From: an uncultured Gemmatimonadales bacterium
Lineage (GTDB): Bacteria > Gemmatimonadota > Gemmatimonadetes > Gemmatimonadales > GWC2-71-9
Direction: 5' to 3'
DNA: 64,000 bases
Assembly (NCBI GenBank): GCA_963792265.1
Contig: CAWBVP010000018.1
Location: forward strand, 16,841-80,840
This document shows positions 30,793-39,918 of the stretch, piece after piece. Numbering within the stretch: the stretch's first letter is position 1; each line of letters opens with the position of its first letter. The notes below the pieces were generated by a model, which was not told the origin of the DNA, did not search any database, and worked only from the letters and a program-made list of their open reading frames with translations. The translations under genes and the position numbers were made by a program.

Positions 30793-32184
30793 TCATTCCT
30801 CTGGCAGAAGCTCCTTGCGCGAGTACAACACCCCGTTCCGGATGACCGAGCGCACCTGGCGCGCGTTGTGGATGTCGGCGGTGGGGTCGGCGTCGAAGAC
30901 GACCAGGTCGGCCCGCTTCCCGGTCGCGATCGAGCCGACCTCCCGGTCCAGCGCCATCGCTCTGGCCGCGACGATCGTCGCTGAGGCGAACACCGCTCCC
31001 GCCGGCATGCCCGCCTGTTGCATCAATTCCATTTCCCGGTAGACGCTGGGCCCGTGCGCCGTGCCGGGATTGCCGGCGTCAGTCCCCATGGCAATCGGGA
31101 TGCCGGCCCGGTACATCCTCCGAAGGTTCGCCATCGAAGTGGTCATGAGGCTCGCGGCCCGGGGACTGGTCCAGAAGGCGTTCCCCCGCTTTCGGAGGCT
31201 GTCGGGCAGCACGGTCTCCAGCTTGCGCCGGGTGACCGGATCGACGCAATCGAGCGGATAGCGCAGCCCGGGTGATCGGCCGGCAAAGACATCCGCGTAC
31301 CCCTCCAACACCGTCAAGGTCGGGATCACGATGGTGCCGTTCCGCCGGGCCGCCTGAATGAACGCCGCATCCACGTTGCCCTCTTCCACATCGTGTACCA
31401 GAACGTTGGCTCCGGCTTCGAGCGCGTCCTTGGCACTGGGAAGCTCGGTGGCGTGGACGATCAGCCGGAGTCCCGCCTTCCGGGTCTCGTCTCCCGCCGC
31501 CATCAGCATGGCCTTGGCATGAGCATGCAGCGAGTCGGGGACCTGGATGTACCAGACCTTGATCGCCTCCGCGCCGCCGGCCTTGTGCTCCCGCACCGCT
31601 CGGCGCACGGTCTCCTCGTCGGACATGAACACGAACTGGCCCATCATCTGGGGGTCCACGGTGATGGTGGCGAGTAGCGGACCAACCGCGACAACCCGGG
31701 GCGCGTCGCCGGCCGAGCGGGTCCTGCGGTCCAGATCGTAGGTCCAGGGGAATCCTCCGACATCGAACACGGTGGTAACACCGCTGCAGAGGTTTGCCCG
31801 GTGAAAGCGTTCGGGGTGTTGCTCCAGGGAGCGGACGACCGAGTCGTACGGATACTGGGCCCGGAGATCGATGGCGTCCGGACGGCCGTCTACCCATCCC
31901 GTCTGTCCGTAATGCACGTGAGCATCGATGAGCCCGGGTCCCAGGTAACTCCCCCTCAGGTCCACCGGCTTCGAGCCGGCCGGGCGGGGACACGCGGTCG
32001 CCGTGCCGGCGCAGACGATGCGGCCATCGCGAATAACGACGCTCGCATCCGGTATGGGATGGCGGTTCGGATTGATGAGAGTCGCGTGCTGCAGCGTCAG
32101 CGCGGGTGCGACCTGCGCCGTGGCGCCGATCGCGGTGGTGAGAAGGAAGCCGAGCACCGCCAGCAATCTCCAGCTCTGGTGCAT
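30793..32184 (-). CDS. secreted amidohydrolase-family metal-dependent hydrolase
   Basis: Signal peptide MHQSWRLLAVLGFLLTTAIGATAQ. GLIDAHVHYG metal-binding motif. C-terminal ADLVVFDADP. Confidence 0.85.
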   Translation of the reverse strand: MHQSWRLLAVLGFLLTTAIGATAQVAPALTLQHATLINPNRHPIPDASVVIRDGRIVCAGTATACPRPAGSKPVDLRGSYLGPGLIDAHVHYGQTGWVDGRPDAIDLRAQYPYDSVVRSLEQHPERFHRANLCSGVTTVFDVGGFPWTYDLDRRTRSAGDAPRVVAVGPLLATITVDPQMMGQFVFMSDEETVRRAVREHKAGGAEAIKVWYIQVPDSLHAHAKAMLMAAGDETRKAGLRLIVHATELPSAKDALEAGANVLVHDVEEGNVDAAFIQAARRNGTIVIPTLTVLEGYADVFAGRSPGLRYPLDCVDPVTRRKLETVLPDSLRKRGNAFWTSPRAASLMTTSMANLRRMYRAGIPIAMGTDAGNPGTAHGPSVYREMELMQQAGMPAGAVFASATIVAARAMALDREVGSIATGKRADLVVFDADPTADIHNARQVRSVIRNGVLYSRKELLPEE

Positions 32185-32242
32185 AGGGAAACTCGAATGG
32201 GGAAGGCAGTCTGCGGGTCGCGATTGCCAAGTCACAAGCGGC

Positions 32243-32320
32243 GTGATGTGAACGTAAGCGGTAACCGGGAAACAGCTACCCGCTCACCGCTTACGCTCTT
32301 TCTGTTCCCGCTCACGCTTT
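32243..32320. repeat. inverted-repeat element (GTAAGCGG/CGGGAAAC left arm; CTCACCGCTT ... CCGCTCACGCTT right arm)
   Basis: CGTAAGCGGT (32253-32262) pairs with ACCGCTTACG (32286-32295). The right-arm motifs are shared with 50386-50416. Confidence 0.8.
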
Positions 32321-32329
32321 TTCTAGTCT

Positions 32330-33127
32330 CTACTCTCCCGGCCCCACCGGGTCGGTGGTCGGCAAGTTATTGATGATCGTAACATGGTTGCCCTGGCCCG
32401 CCAGGTCGAAGCACTTGGGGTGCTCGAACCCGTCGATGCTGCCTACCGCAAAGATCAAATTGTCGGTGTTGCTCGGCGCCGGCCCCGCCGGCACGTTGTC
32501 CAGGTTCAGCGAGTGCCGCAGCTTCCAGGCGATGATGTGATCGGTGCACGCGGTATCGCCGCTCAGGCCGATGCCGCCGATCAGCCGGCCGGCCGGGGTG
32601 TAGAGCGCCAGCCCGCCGCCGAACACGTTGATCCCGCCGATCCGCTTGCCAATCATGAAATCGTTGGTGGTGCCGAAGTCGGCCGCGTTGCCGCCGTAGG
32701 CGACCTCGGGATCCACCGGATTGCTCTCCTGCAGGCCGAAGAGGCTCCCGCCCGGCTGGACCGCGGCATACAGATTGGCGGTGCTGAGCGCGAAGCCCTT
32801 CAGACTGAAGTCATTGGCGGTGTTCGCCTTCTGGGCCGAGATCACCCGGCTGCCGGGCCACTGGTCGCCCCGGTTATTTCCGCTGAATACGATATCCACC
32901 ACCTTGCCGTCCCGATCCAGAATGGTGGCCCACATGTCGAAGCCGAGGCCGCCGTTATGCTCGGTGAGGATCTGGCGCAGCTTGCTGCGGAGGCTGTTGT
33001 GGCTGGGGAGGAAGGAAATCAGGTTGGTGCTCTGGTCAGTGGCGGGCGCGGTGGGACTGTTGTCGCTGCAGCTGGACGCCGCCAGGGCGCAGAGGGCCGT
33101 CAGCGGGAGAGCATAAAGCGCGCGCAT
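32330..33127 (-). CDS. lipoprotein with GlcG/HbpS-like (DUF336) heme-binding domain
   Basis: LCALAASSC lipobox. GGGLALYTPAGRLIGGIGLSGDTACTDHIIAWK is the DUF336 signature. AAGGAG lies upstream of the ATG at 33127. Confidence 0.7.
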   Translation of the reverse strand: MRALYALPLTALCALAASSCSDNSPTAPATDQSTNLISFLPSHNSLRSKLRQILTEHNGGLGFDMWATILDRDGKVVDIVFSGNNRGDQWPGSRVISAQKANTANDFSLKGFALSTANLYAAVQPGGSLFGLQESNPVDPEVAYGGNAADFGTTNDFMIGKRIGGINVFGGGLALYTPAGRLIGGIGLSGDTACTDHIIAWKLRHSLNLDNVPAGPAPSNTDNLIFAVGSIDGFEHPKCFDLAGQGNHVTIINNLPTTDPVGPGE

Positions 33128-33153
33128 GAGAAACTCCTTGGAGGAGGAGAGCC

Positions 33154-33209
33154 GGGAGCTGGGAGTGGGAGAATGCTGGGAGTGAGCGCATAGCGGATAG
33201 CGCATAGCT
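33154..33209. repeat. heptamer-phased array GGGAGCT GGGAGTG GGAGAAT GCTGGGA GTGAGCG CATAGCG GATAGCG CATAGCT
   Basis: Read directly, upstream of the GlcG-like gene. I found no inverted partner nearby. Confidence 0.7.
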
Positions 33210-33512
33210 CTACAAACGGCGGACTTCTCGCCCGGCCGGAAGAGACCAGCAACTGCCAGGCGCGGGCGGACCTGCATAAAGCGCCTTGCTACGGTTGCGT
33301 TGGTGAATCCAAACTGCGGAGAGGTTCAACCTAGGGGCGGTCCCGCATCCCACAAGTACTTGACGCCGGCTTGACCGCCATCAGGTAGGCTCGCTTCGGC
33401 AACGGGCCAACCCGTCCGGAACGGAGCAGTGTTCGATCTCACGGACCAGCGGGGTGGACCTGCCGTAAGTTAGGGTGCAGTGCGGTCCGTCCTGCAAGCC
33501 AGCGTGGGGTTT

Positions 33513-36344
33513 ATGAGCCCAACCGTAACCCGTCGCAACCTCCACCTCCTCAATCGGGCATTGGTCCTTGGCCTGCTGGCCTGTGCCGGAGGGGACTCGC
33601 TGGTGGTCCCGCCCGGTAGCGGAACCCTGCAGATCACCACCACGACCGACGGCGTCGAGCCTGATGGAGATGGCTATACGGTGCAGGTGGACGCGGCGCC
33701 CCCCGAGGCAGTGGCGTCGAGCGGGTCTCTCACCCGTGCGGTCAGTCCGGGAACGCACTCGGTGCTGCTCGCCGGCATAGCGCCGAACTGCAGCGTTGCG
33801 GTCGCCAATCCCAATAGCATCACTGTTCAGACCGGCCAGACGACGACCTTCACCTTCCAGGTGACCTGCGCTGCCACGACTGGCGGTCTTCAGGTCTCCG
33901 CCGCCACCCGGGGTCCGTCGCTCGACCCCGATGGCTACAGTATCACGCTCGACGGCGCGGACCAGGGAGCTCTGGGGGTGAATGGGTCCGTCACCCTGCC
34001 GGCTCTGGCTCCGGGAGCCCACGTCGTCGGCCTCGGCGGGATTGCCGGGAACTGCCAGCTGCAGGGGGATAACCTGCGGGACGTAACGATCGCCGCGGGA
34101 GCCAACGCCACCGTCGCCTTTGAAGTGACCTGCGCCGCTCCGCCCCCCAACTCAGGCACGCTGCGGATCACGACGGCCACAACCGGCTCGGATCCTGACC
34201 CGGATGGGTACCGATTTACGGTCGACGGAGGCTCCGACCAGCCGATCGGCACCAATGGGGTGACCACCCTGAACAACTTTGCGCCCGGGACGCACGCCGT
34301 GTTGCTCACCGGGGTGGCCGGTAACTGCTCGGTCCAGGGACTGAACCCCCGCTCGGCTTCACTGGCGGCGGGAGGCACCGCGGATTTCAGCTTTGCGGTT
34401 TCCTGCGCTTCAACGTCCGGTGGAATCCGGGTGAGCGTCGCCACCTCGGGAGCATCCAGTGACCCCGATGGTTACGCCGTGCAGTTGGATGGGATTAGTC
34501 CGGGCCAGCGCGTCGCGACCACCGGCAATGTGAGCTTCAACGGAGTTTCGGCGGGGGCTCACACGGTCGCTCTGAGCGATCTCTCGGTCAACTGCACGGT
34601 TGCCGGGGAGCTGTCCAGGAACGTCTCAGTAACCGTGGGGGCGACCAGCGATATCAGCTTCTCGGTTACTTGCCGGCCGACCGGTGGCGCGGCCCTCGAG
34701 AAGGTCTCCGGGGATGCCCAGACCGGCACCGCCGGGGCTGTGCTCGGAGCTCCGCTGGTGGTCAAAGTCAGCGATGTCATTGGGAATCCGGTCCCGGGGG
34801 CGGCTATCACCTGGAGCATTACCGGCGGTGGGAGCCTCAGTGCAACCTCATCCCTGACGGGCGCGGACGGCCAGGCGTCGGTCACCCGAACTCTGGGCGG
34901 CACTGCCGGGCAGCAGACCACCCTCGCCACCGCCGACGGCCTGGTCGGCTCCCCTTTGACCTTTACTCATACCGCTACCGGGGCCAGCACCGGAATGGGG
35001 CGTTGGGACGCGGCGTTTTCGACGCCGGTGGTCGACGTGCACATGCACCTGCTGGCGACGGGGAAGGTGCTCATGTGGGGTGACCGGGGGGACGCGCAGC
35101 TGTGGGATCCGGCGAATCCCCGTGCCGGCTTCACCCCGGTGACCAAGACCTTCCGGATGTACTGCAGCGGTCACACCATTCTCCGGGATGGCCGGCTGCT
35201 GGTGGTGGGAGGCACCAGCGCCAGCACCCGAGGGCTGCGGCTGGCCACGATCTTCGATCCAGCATCGGGAAGCTGGAGCGCCACCAGCTCGATGGCGCAG
35301 GGCCGCTACTATCCGACCATCACTTCCCTCCCTGACGGCGAGGTTCTGGCGGTCTCCGGCCATGACACCACGCTGGCCGACGTCACCATCCCCGAGGTCT
35401 GGAATGGGAGTGCCTGGCGCCAGCTGACCACCGCCCCGCTGGCGATCCCCAATCCGTATTACCCGGCCATGTTCGTCGCGCCGAACGGCAAGGTGTTCCT
35501 GGCCGGCTTCCCCCAGACCTCCCAGTATCTCGATGTCACCGGAACCGGCCAGTGGATCCCGGTGGCGGAACGCAATGTGGCCGACCGGACCATGGGATCT
35601 GCGGTGATGTACGCCCCGGGCAAGATCCTGTACGCCGGCGGTGGCGACCCACCCACCGCATCGGCCGAGGTGATCGATCTCAACCAGCCGGCCCCCTCGT
35701 GGCGCAGCGTCCAGGGGATGGCGTTCCCCCGCCGCCAGATGAATGCGACGCTGCTGGCGGACGGCAGTGTGCTGGTGACCGGCGGCACCAGCGGCCCGGG
35801 GTTCAACAGCCAGGCGGGTGCGGTCCACGAGGCCGAGCTGTGGAACCCCCAGACCGAGACCTGGACGATGATGGCTCCGGAGAGCAAGACCCGAACCTAT
35901 CATGGGACGGCCTTGCTGTTGCCCAGCGGGAAAGTGCTCTCCAGCGGCAGCGGTGAGGGTGGGGGCATAGCCTTCGCCAACAGCGAGTTCTCGGCTCAGG
36001 TGTTCAGCCCGCCCTACCTGTTCAATGCCGACGGCAGCCCGGCCGCACGGCCGACGATCACCTCGGCGCCTTCCACGCTCTCCTACGGCCAGCTGTTCAC
36101 CGTCCAGACGCCCGATGCGGGCGCCGTCACCCGGGGCACTCTGATCCGGCTCTCCTCCGTCACCCACGCGTTCAACATGAGCCAGCTGATCTATGGGCTG
36201 ACGTTCGCGGCCACGAGCCAGTCGACGGTAAGCGCCACCGCGCCGCCCAATGCCACCATCGCGCCCCCGGGGCCGTACATGCTCTTCCTGATCAATGGGG
36301 CGGGAACTCCTTCGGTGGCGAAGATCGTCATGGTCGGCCCCTAG
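33513..36344 (+). CDS. large lipoprotein: 4 repeated approx 85-aa modules, an Ig-like domain, and a glyoxal/galactose-oxidase-like Kelch propeller with DUF1929 C-terminus
   Basis: LGLLACAGG lipobox. The modules repeat G.L.I...DPDGY...PG.H.V.L.G.A.NC...F.V.C. The C-terminal half has MYCSGHTILRDGRLLVVGG, YYPTITSLPDGEVLAVSG, TYHGTALLLPSGKVLSSGSG and PGPYMLFLINGAGTPSVAKIVMV. Confidence 0.85.
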   Translation: MSPTVTRRNLHLLNRALVLGLLACAGGDSLVVPPGSGTLQITTTTDGVEPDGDGYTVQVDAAPPEAVASSGSLTRAVSPGTHSVLLAGIAPNCSVAVANPNSITVQTGQTTTFTFQVTCAATTGGLQVSAATRGPSLDPDGYSITLDGADQGALGVNGSVTLPALAPGAHVVGLGGIAGNCQLQGDNLRDVTIAAGANATVAFEVTCAAPPPNSGTLRITTATTGSDPDPDGYRFTVDGGSDQPIGTNGVTTLNNFAPGTHAVLLTGVAGNCSVQGLNPRSASLAAGGTADFSFAVSCASTSGGIRVSVATSGASSDPDGYAVQLDGISPGQRVATTGNVSFNGVSAGAHTVALSDLSVNCTVAGELSRNVSVTVGATSDISFSVTCRPTGGAALEKVSGDAQTGTAGAVLGAPLVVKVSDVIGNPVPGAAITWSITGGGSLSATSSLTGADGQASVTRTLGGTAGQQTTLATADGLVGSPLTFTHTATGASTGMGRWDAAFSTPVVDVHMHLLATGKVLMWGDRGDAQLWDPANPRAGFTPVTKTFRMYCSGHTILRDGRLLVVGGTSASTRGLRLATIFDPASGSWSATSSMAQGRYYPTITSLPDGEVLAVSGHDTTLADVTIPEVWNGSAWRQLTTAPLAIPNPYYPAMFVAPNGKVFLAGFPQTSQYLDVTGTGQWIPVAERNVADRTMGSAVMYAPGKILYAGGGDPPTASAEVIDLNQPAPSWRSVQGMAFPRRQMNATLLADGSVLVTGGTSGPGFNSQAGAVHEAELWNPQTETWTMMAPESKTRTYHGTALLLPSGKVLSSGSGEGGGIAFANSEFSAQVFSPPYLFNADGSPAARPTITSAPSTLSYGQLFTVQTPDAGAVTRGTLIRLSSVTHAFNMSQLIYGLTFAATSQSTVSATAPPNATIAPPGPYMLFLINGAGTPSVAKIVMVGP

Positions 36345-36400
36345 GCCGGAGGCATCCGGCTTCTTGCGGCCCGGCGCGTCAGGCTTCAACATGTACCCCC

Positions 36401-37735
36401 ATGCGCCGCCTTCTCGTAGCCACCGCGTTCGTGTTGTTGACCGGTCAGCCGCTCCAGGCCCAGCACCTCAAGGACAAGCTCTCCGAGCTGTTCATCTTCG
36501 GATCCAATGGCGTCCCGCTCAACCTGGGCGGCAGCAGCAGTCCCAACAATCCCGCGTCGGTCCAGATCCACGGCAACCATTTCATCCCGGCGGCGGTCGC
36601 CAGTAACGGCACCATCATCTCGTTCCTGACCAACTCGATCGGCAGCAACGTCTCCAACGTCCCGGTGAGCGCCACCAGTGGCGGCTCCACGTTCAGCTTT
36701 CAGGGTGGCGTGCCCACCCGGACGTCGACCTCCTCGGGCCCGATCCTCGGCGAGCGGGCTCAGACCCTGGGCCGGGGCCGGATGCTCGCGGGCCTTGCCC
36801 GCACCGGCGTGCACTTCAAGACCCTCCGGGGGGTGGATCTCAACCATCTGCGCTTCACCTTCACCCACGCCAATACCGACTTCCCGGGGTGCGACTCGAT
36901 TGCCGGCGGAGACTGCTCCCTGCTCGGGCGTCCCCACGCTGGAGAACGAAACGATCGACCTGAACCTCGCGCTGGACGTCCAGCTCAACGTGACTTCCTT
37001 CCTGCTCACCTACGGCGTGAGCGACCGGATCGACGTGGGTGTCGTCCTCCCACTGGTGTCGATCTCGTTCGACGGCACCAGCAACGCGCAGATCAATCCC
37101 TTCGGCCCGCCACCCGCGGTGCACTTCTTCGGCGGGACTCCGGACAATCCCATTCTCACCGCCAGCCGGACCGTGGATGGGTCTTCCACCGGTCTGGGCG
37201 ACGTCGATGGCCGGGTCAAGGTGAGCCTCCGCCGGGGAGAGCCGCTCTCGGTCTCAGTGCTGGGTGACGTCCGCTTCCCCACCGGCAGCGAAAGCAACCT
37301 GCTCGGCTCCGGCGCCTGGGCGGCTCGAGGACTTGCCATCCTCTCGGCCCACTTCGGCGCCTTCTCGCCCCACGCGAACTTCGGCTACCTCTACCGCGGC
37401 GGCCAATTCGAGAACGACGCGGTGCTGGCGACGCTCGGCTTCGACCACCTCATGGCGCCCTGGGCGACGCTGGCCATCGACGTCCTGTCGGCGCTGCAGG
37501 TGGGCGAGAGCCCGCTCCAGGTGCCCGGCCCGGTGATGTCGAGGCCCCCTACCACCGGGAGATCATCCCCACGGTGATTCCCGACAGCCGGGACGATATT
37601 GTCGTGGGCTCGGTGGGCATGAAACTCACCGCTGCGTCTGGACTCACCTTCGTGGCTAACGGGGGATGGTCGCTTAATCGTGGTGGATTACGGCCCGACG
37701 TGATTTGGACGGGAGGGTTAGAGTACAACTTCTAG
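36401..37735 (+). pseudogene. outer-membrane beta-barrel protein, frame changes near 36930 and 37535
   Basis: Signal peptide MRRLLVATAFVLLTGQPLQAQ. Alternating beta-strand pattern. The terminal ...GGLEYNF aromatic residue is in a third frame. Its TAG stop at 37733 sits in a TCTAGGG repeat-like unit. Confidence 0.6.
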
Positions 37736-38202
37736 GGTGAGCAGAGAGCTGTGAGCTAGTGGGTCTAGGGTCTAGGGTCTGGGGTCTAGGTCGAGGGAAG
37801 ATGCCCGTTGGCTTGGCAGGTAGCGCCTGGTGGAGTTTCTGGAGCATGCCGCGTATAGAGTGGATCTCAGCAACAATGCCCGACGCAACCGGTGACTCTA
37901 GGTATCGCAGGTCACCTGCCAAAAGCAGTTCGCATTCAAGTTCTGAGAGCGAGCCCAGACTGATTCGAACGAAGCGTCTGAGCTCGATGTCTCCCATGCG
38001 ACCGCAACCTTCTGCGAGGTTTGCTCGACACCGACACAGCTGCACGGCGCATTTGAGAGCTGAGGCCATACCGCTCCGCAGAGGGGAAAGTGCCGGTCAG
38101 TTTGTAGACTGAAGCCACCAGCTTCTGGCTCTTCTGCCAGACTTCGAGCTTCCTGAAATCCCCCACCATCTCCCTCCAGCTTGCGTCTCCGACAATCTTC
38201 AT
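37674..38202 (-). pseudogene. four-helix-bundle protein (23S rRNA intervening-sequence protein / Avd-like family), frameshift near 38035, 3' end uncertain
   Basis: DFRKLEVWQKSQKLVASVYKLTGTFPSAERYGLSSQMRRAAVSV continues in another frame as ANLAEGCGRMGDIELRRFVRISLGSLSELECELLLAGDLRYL. As read, the ORF runs through the left arm to 37674. The other two frames hit TAG inside the arm. Confidence 0.8.
37756..37795. repeat. left arm of cassette: GGGTCTA GGGTCTA GGGTCTG GGGTCTA GGTCGAG
   Basis: Read directly. The heptamers occupy 37761-37795. Confidence 0.95.
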
Positions 38203-38252
38203 TTCTCGAGACTAAAAGCATTAATGCTCTCACCCAAGTCGGATCATTTTTG

Positions 38253-38290
38253 CGCTAGACCCTAGACCCTAGACCCTAGACCTCACCTCA
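38253..38290. repeat. right arm of cassette: TAGACCC x3, TAGACCT, then CACCTCACC
   Basis: Read directly. 38255-38282 is the reverse complement of the left arm. Confidence 0.95.
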
Positions 38291-39918
38291 CCTGACTGAT
38301 CCTCCACTTTCCCCCTTCGTTCCTGAACGACGCATGGAATGACACCGGCTGGCTCTCGGTGCGCCCGGTGCTGGTGTTAAGGTAGGTATAGGTGCCGGTG
38401 ACCTGGGCGTCGGCCGTTCCGCCGGAGACGTCGAGCCCTGCGATCGAGAGGCCGGGCTTTCACGTCGCGCACCAGCTGGAAGAACTGCTCCCAACCTCGC
38501 GCTTGCAGCCCCGTCATCGCGGGGTAAGCCCGTTGCAGGCCCGGAAGGCTCTTCGCCTCGATGGCCTGGGCGTACTCGGCAATCACCCCCCTGATTTCGG
38601 CTGCATGATCTGCAGCCTTGGCAGGCAGGGGGGCCGGAGCAACTGGCGGCGTGGTCGCCGCCGGGGGTGGCGGAGCGGGTGGCGTTACCGGTGGGGGCTC
38701 CGCCGCCGCCGTAACGGCAAGGGATTCCGGCGCCACTGCGGGGGTGGGCTTGGCCGGCTCGGCCCGGGGCCGTTCGCGCCGGGTGATCTTCGAGCGCGGT
38801 GCATCCGCTGTGACTGGTGAGGGAGCCGCCGGTGGCGCCACGGCGGCCGGTTGCGGTGGCGGCACGGCCAGGCCGGTGTCAGCGGAGGCCGAAGCTCCCG
38901 GCAAGGGGATGGCAGCCGGCGAGGTGCGTCTGAGCCACATCGCTCCTCCCGCCAGCAGCAGCACCAACGCCAGCAGTGCTGCCGGAACCAGCCACTTCCG
39001 TTTGCGGGCGCTCGGCTCCGAATGGACCGGTAGGCGCACCGCCGAGGTAGCCGACGTTCCTCCACTCGGTGTTGCGATTGCATCGAGCAGGTGCATCACC
39101 TGGGACGCCGTCTGCGGACGATCCGCCGGCCGCTTGGCCAGACAATCTCTCACCAATGCAGCCAGCATCGGCGGAACCGCGGGGCGGCGGCGCTCGACCG
39201 GCTCGGGCTCCTCGATCACGTGAGCGGCAAGCATCTGCTGGGCCGAGCGCCCGCTCAAAGGGGGGATGCCCGGTGAGCATCTCGTACGCGACGACGCCGA
39301 GGGAGTAGAGGTCGGCCCGGTGATCAATATTGGGGCTCGCGGTGGCCTGCTCCGGGGCCATGTACGCCGGGGTGCCAAGCGCGACTCCGAGCGAGGTGAG
39401 GCCGGGTACCGGTACCCGCGGAAGCGCTCGACCGCCTTGGCGACGCCGAAGTCGGTGACGACGGCGACCCCGCCGGAAAGGAGCACGTTGTCGGGCTTGA
39501 CGTCGCGGTGGATCACGCCGTTGCCGTGGGCGTACGCCAGAGCGGACACGACGTCGCGCAGGATGCGAACGGTCTCCGCGACCGGGAACTCTCCTTCCCG
39601 GGCCACTCGAGCCCGCAGCGACTCCCCGGTCACAAATGGCATGATGAAATACGGCAGACCATCAGCTTCGCCGGCTGACAAGAGGGGAACGATGTGAGGA
39701 TGTTGCAGCTGGGCGGCGAGCTGGATCTCCCGGCGGAACCGCTCCACATTGACGGCGGCGGTCAGCTCGGGGAGGAGCACCTTCACCACGACCTTTCGGC
39801 CGAGGACGCGGTCGAGCGCGACGAAGACGCGGGACATCCCGCCGCCGCCGAGCTCGCGCTCCAGGAGATAGGCTTCTCCCAGCGCCCGCTGTAGCTGTTC
39901 CTGCAGGGTGCTGCTCAC
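38283..39918 (-). pseudogene. Ser/Thr protein kinase with TM segment, Pro/Ala-rich linker and C-terminal NTF2/SnoaL-like domain; several frame changes
   Basis: GGGGMSRVFVALD...[18 protein letters not shown] and [18 protein letters not shown]...[19 protein letters not shown] is in another frame. The C-terminus ...LSIAGLDVSGGTADAQVTGTYTY...FRNEGGKWRISQVR is in a third. The GTG start at 39918 overlaps the sigma gene TGA (GTGA). Confidence 0.8.

Noticed and set aside
29711-30796. 361-aa minus-strand ORF in the track, covering the whole 21-bp array.
   Set aside because: As given, it switches between two repeat-encoded peptide registers wherever unit length deviates from 21. It then runs straight into the signal peptide of the TPR gene. 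It is a composite read-through, not a gene model. A shorter repeat protein remains possible and is reported as a finding.
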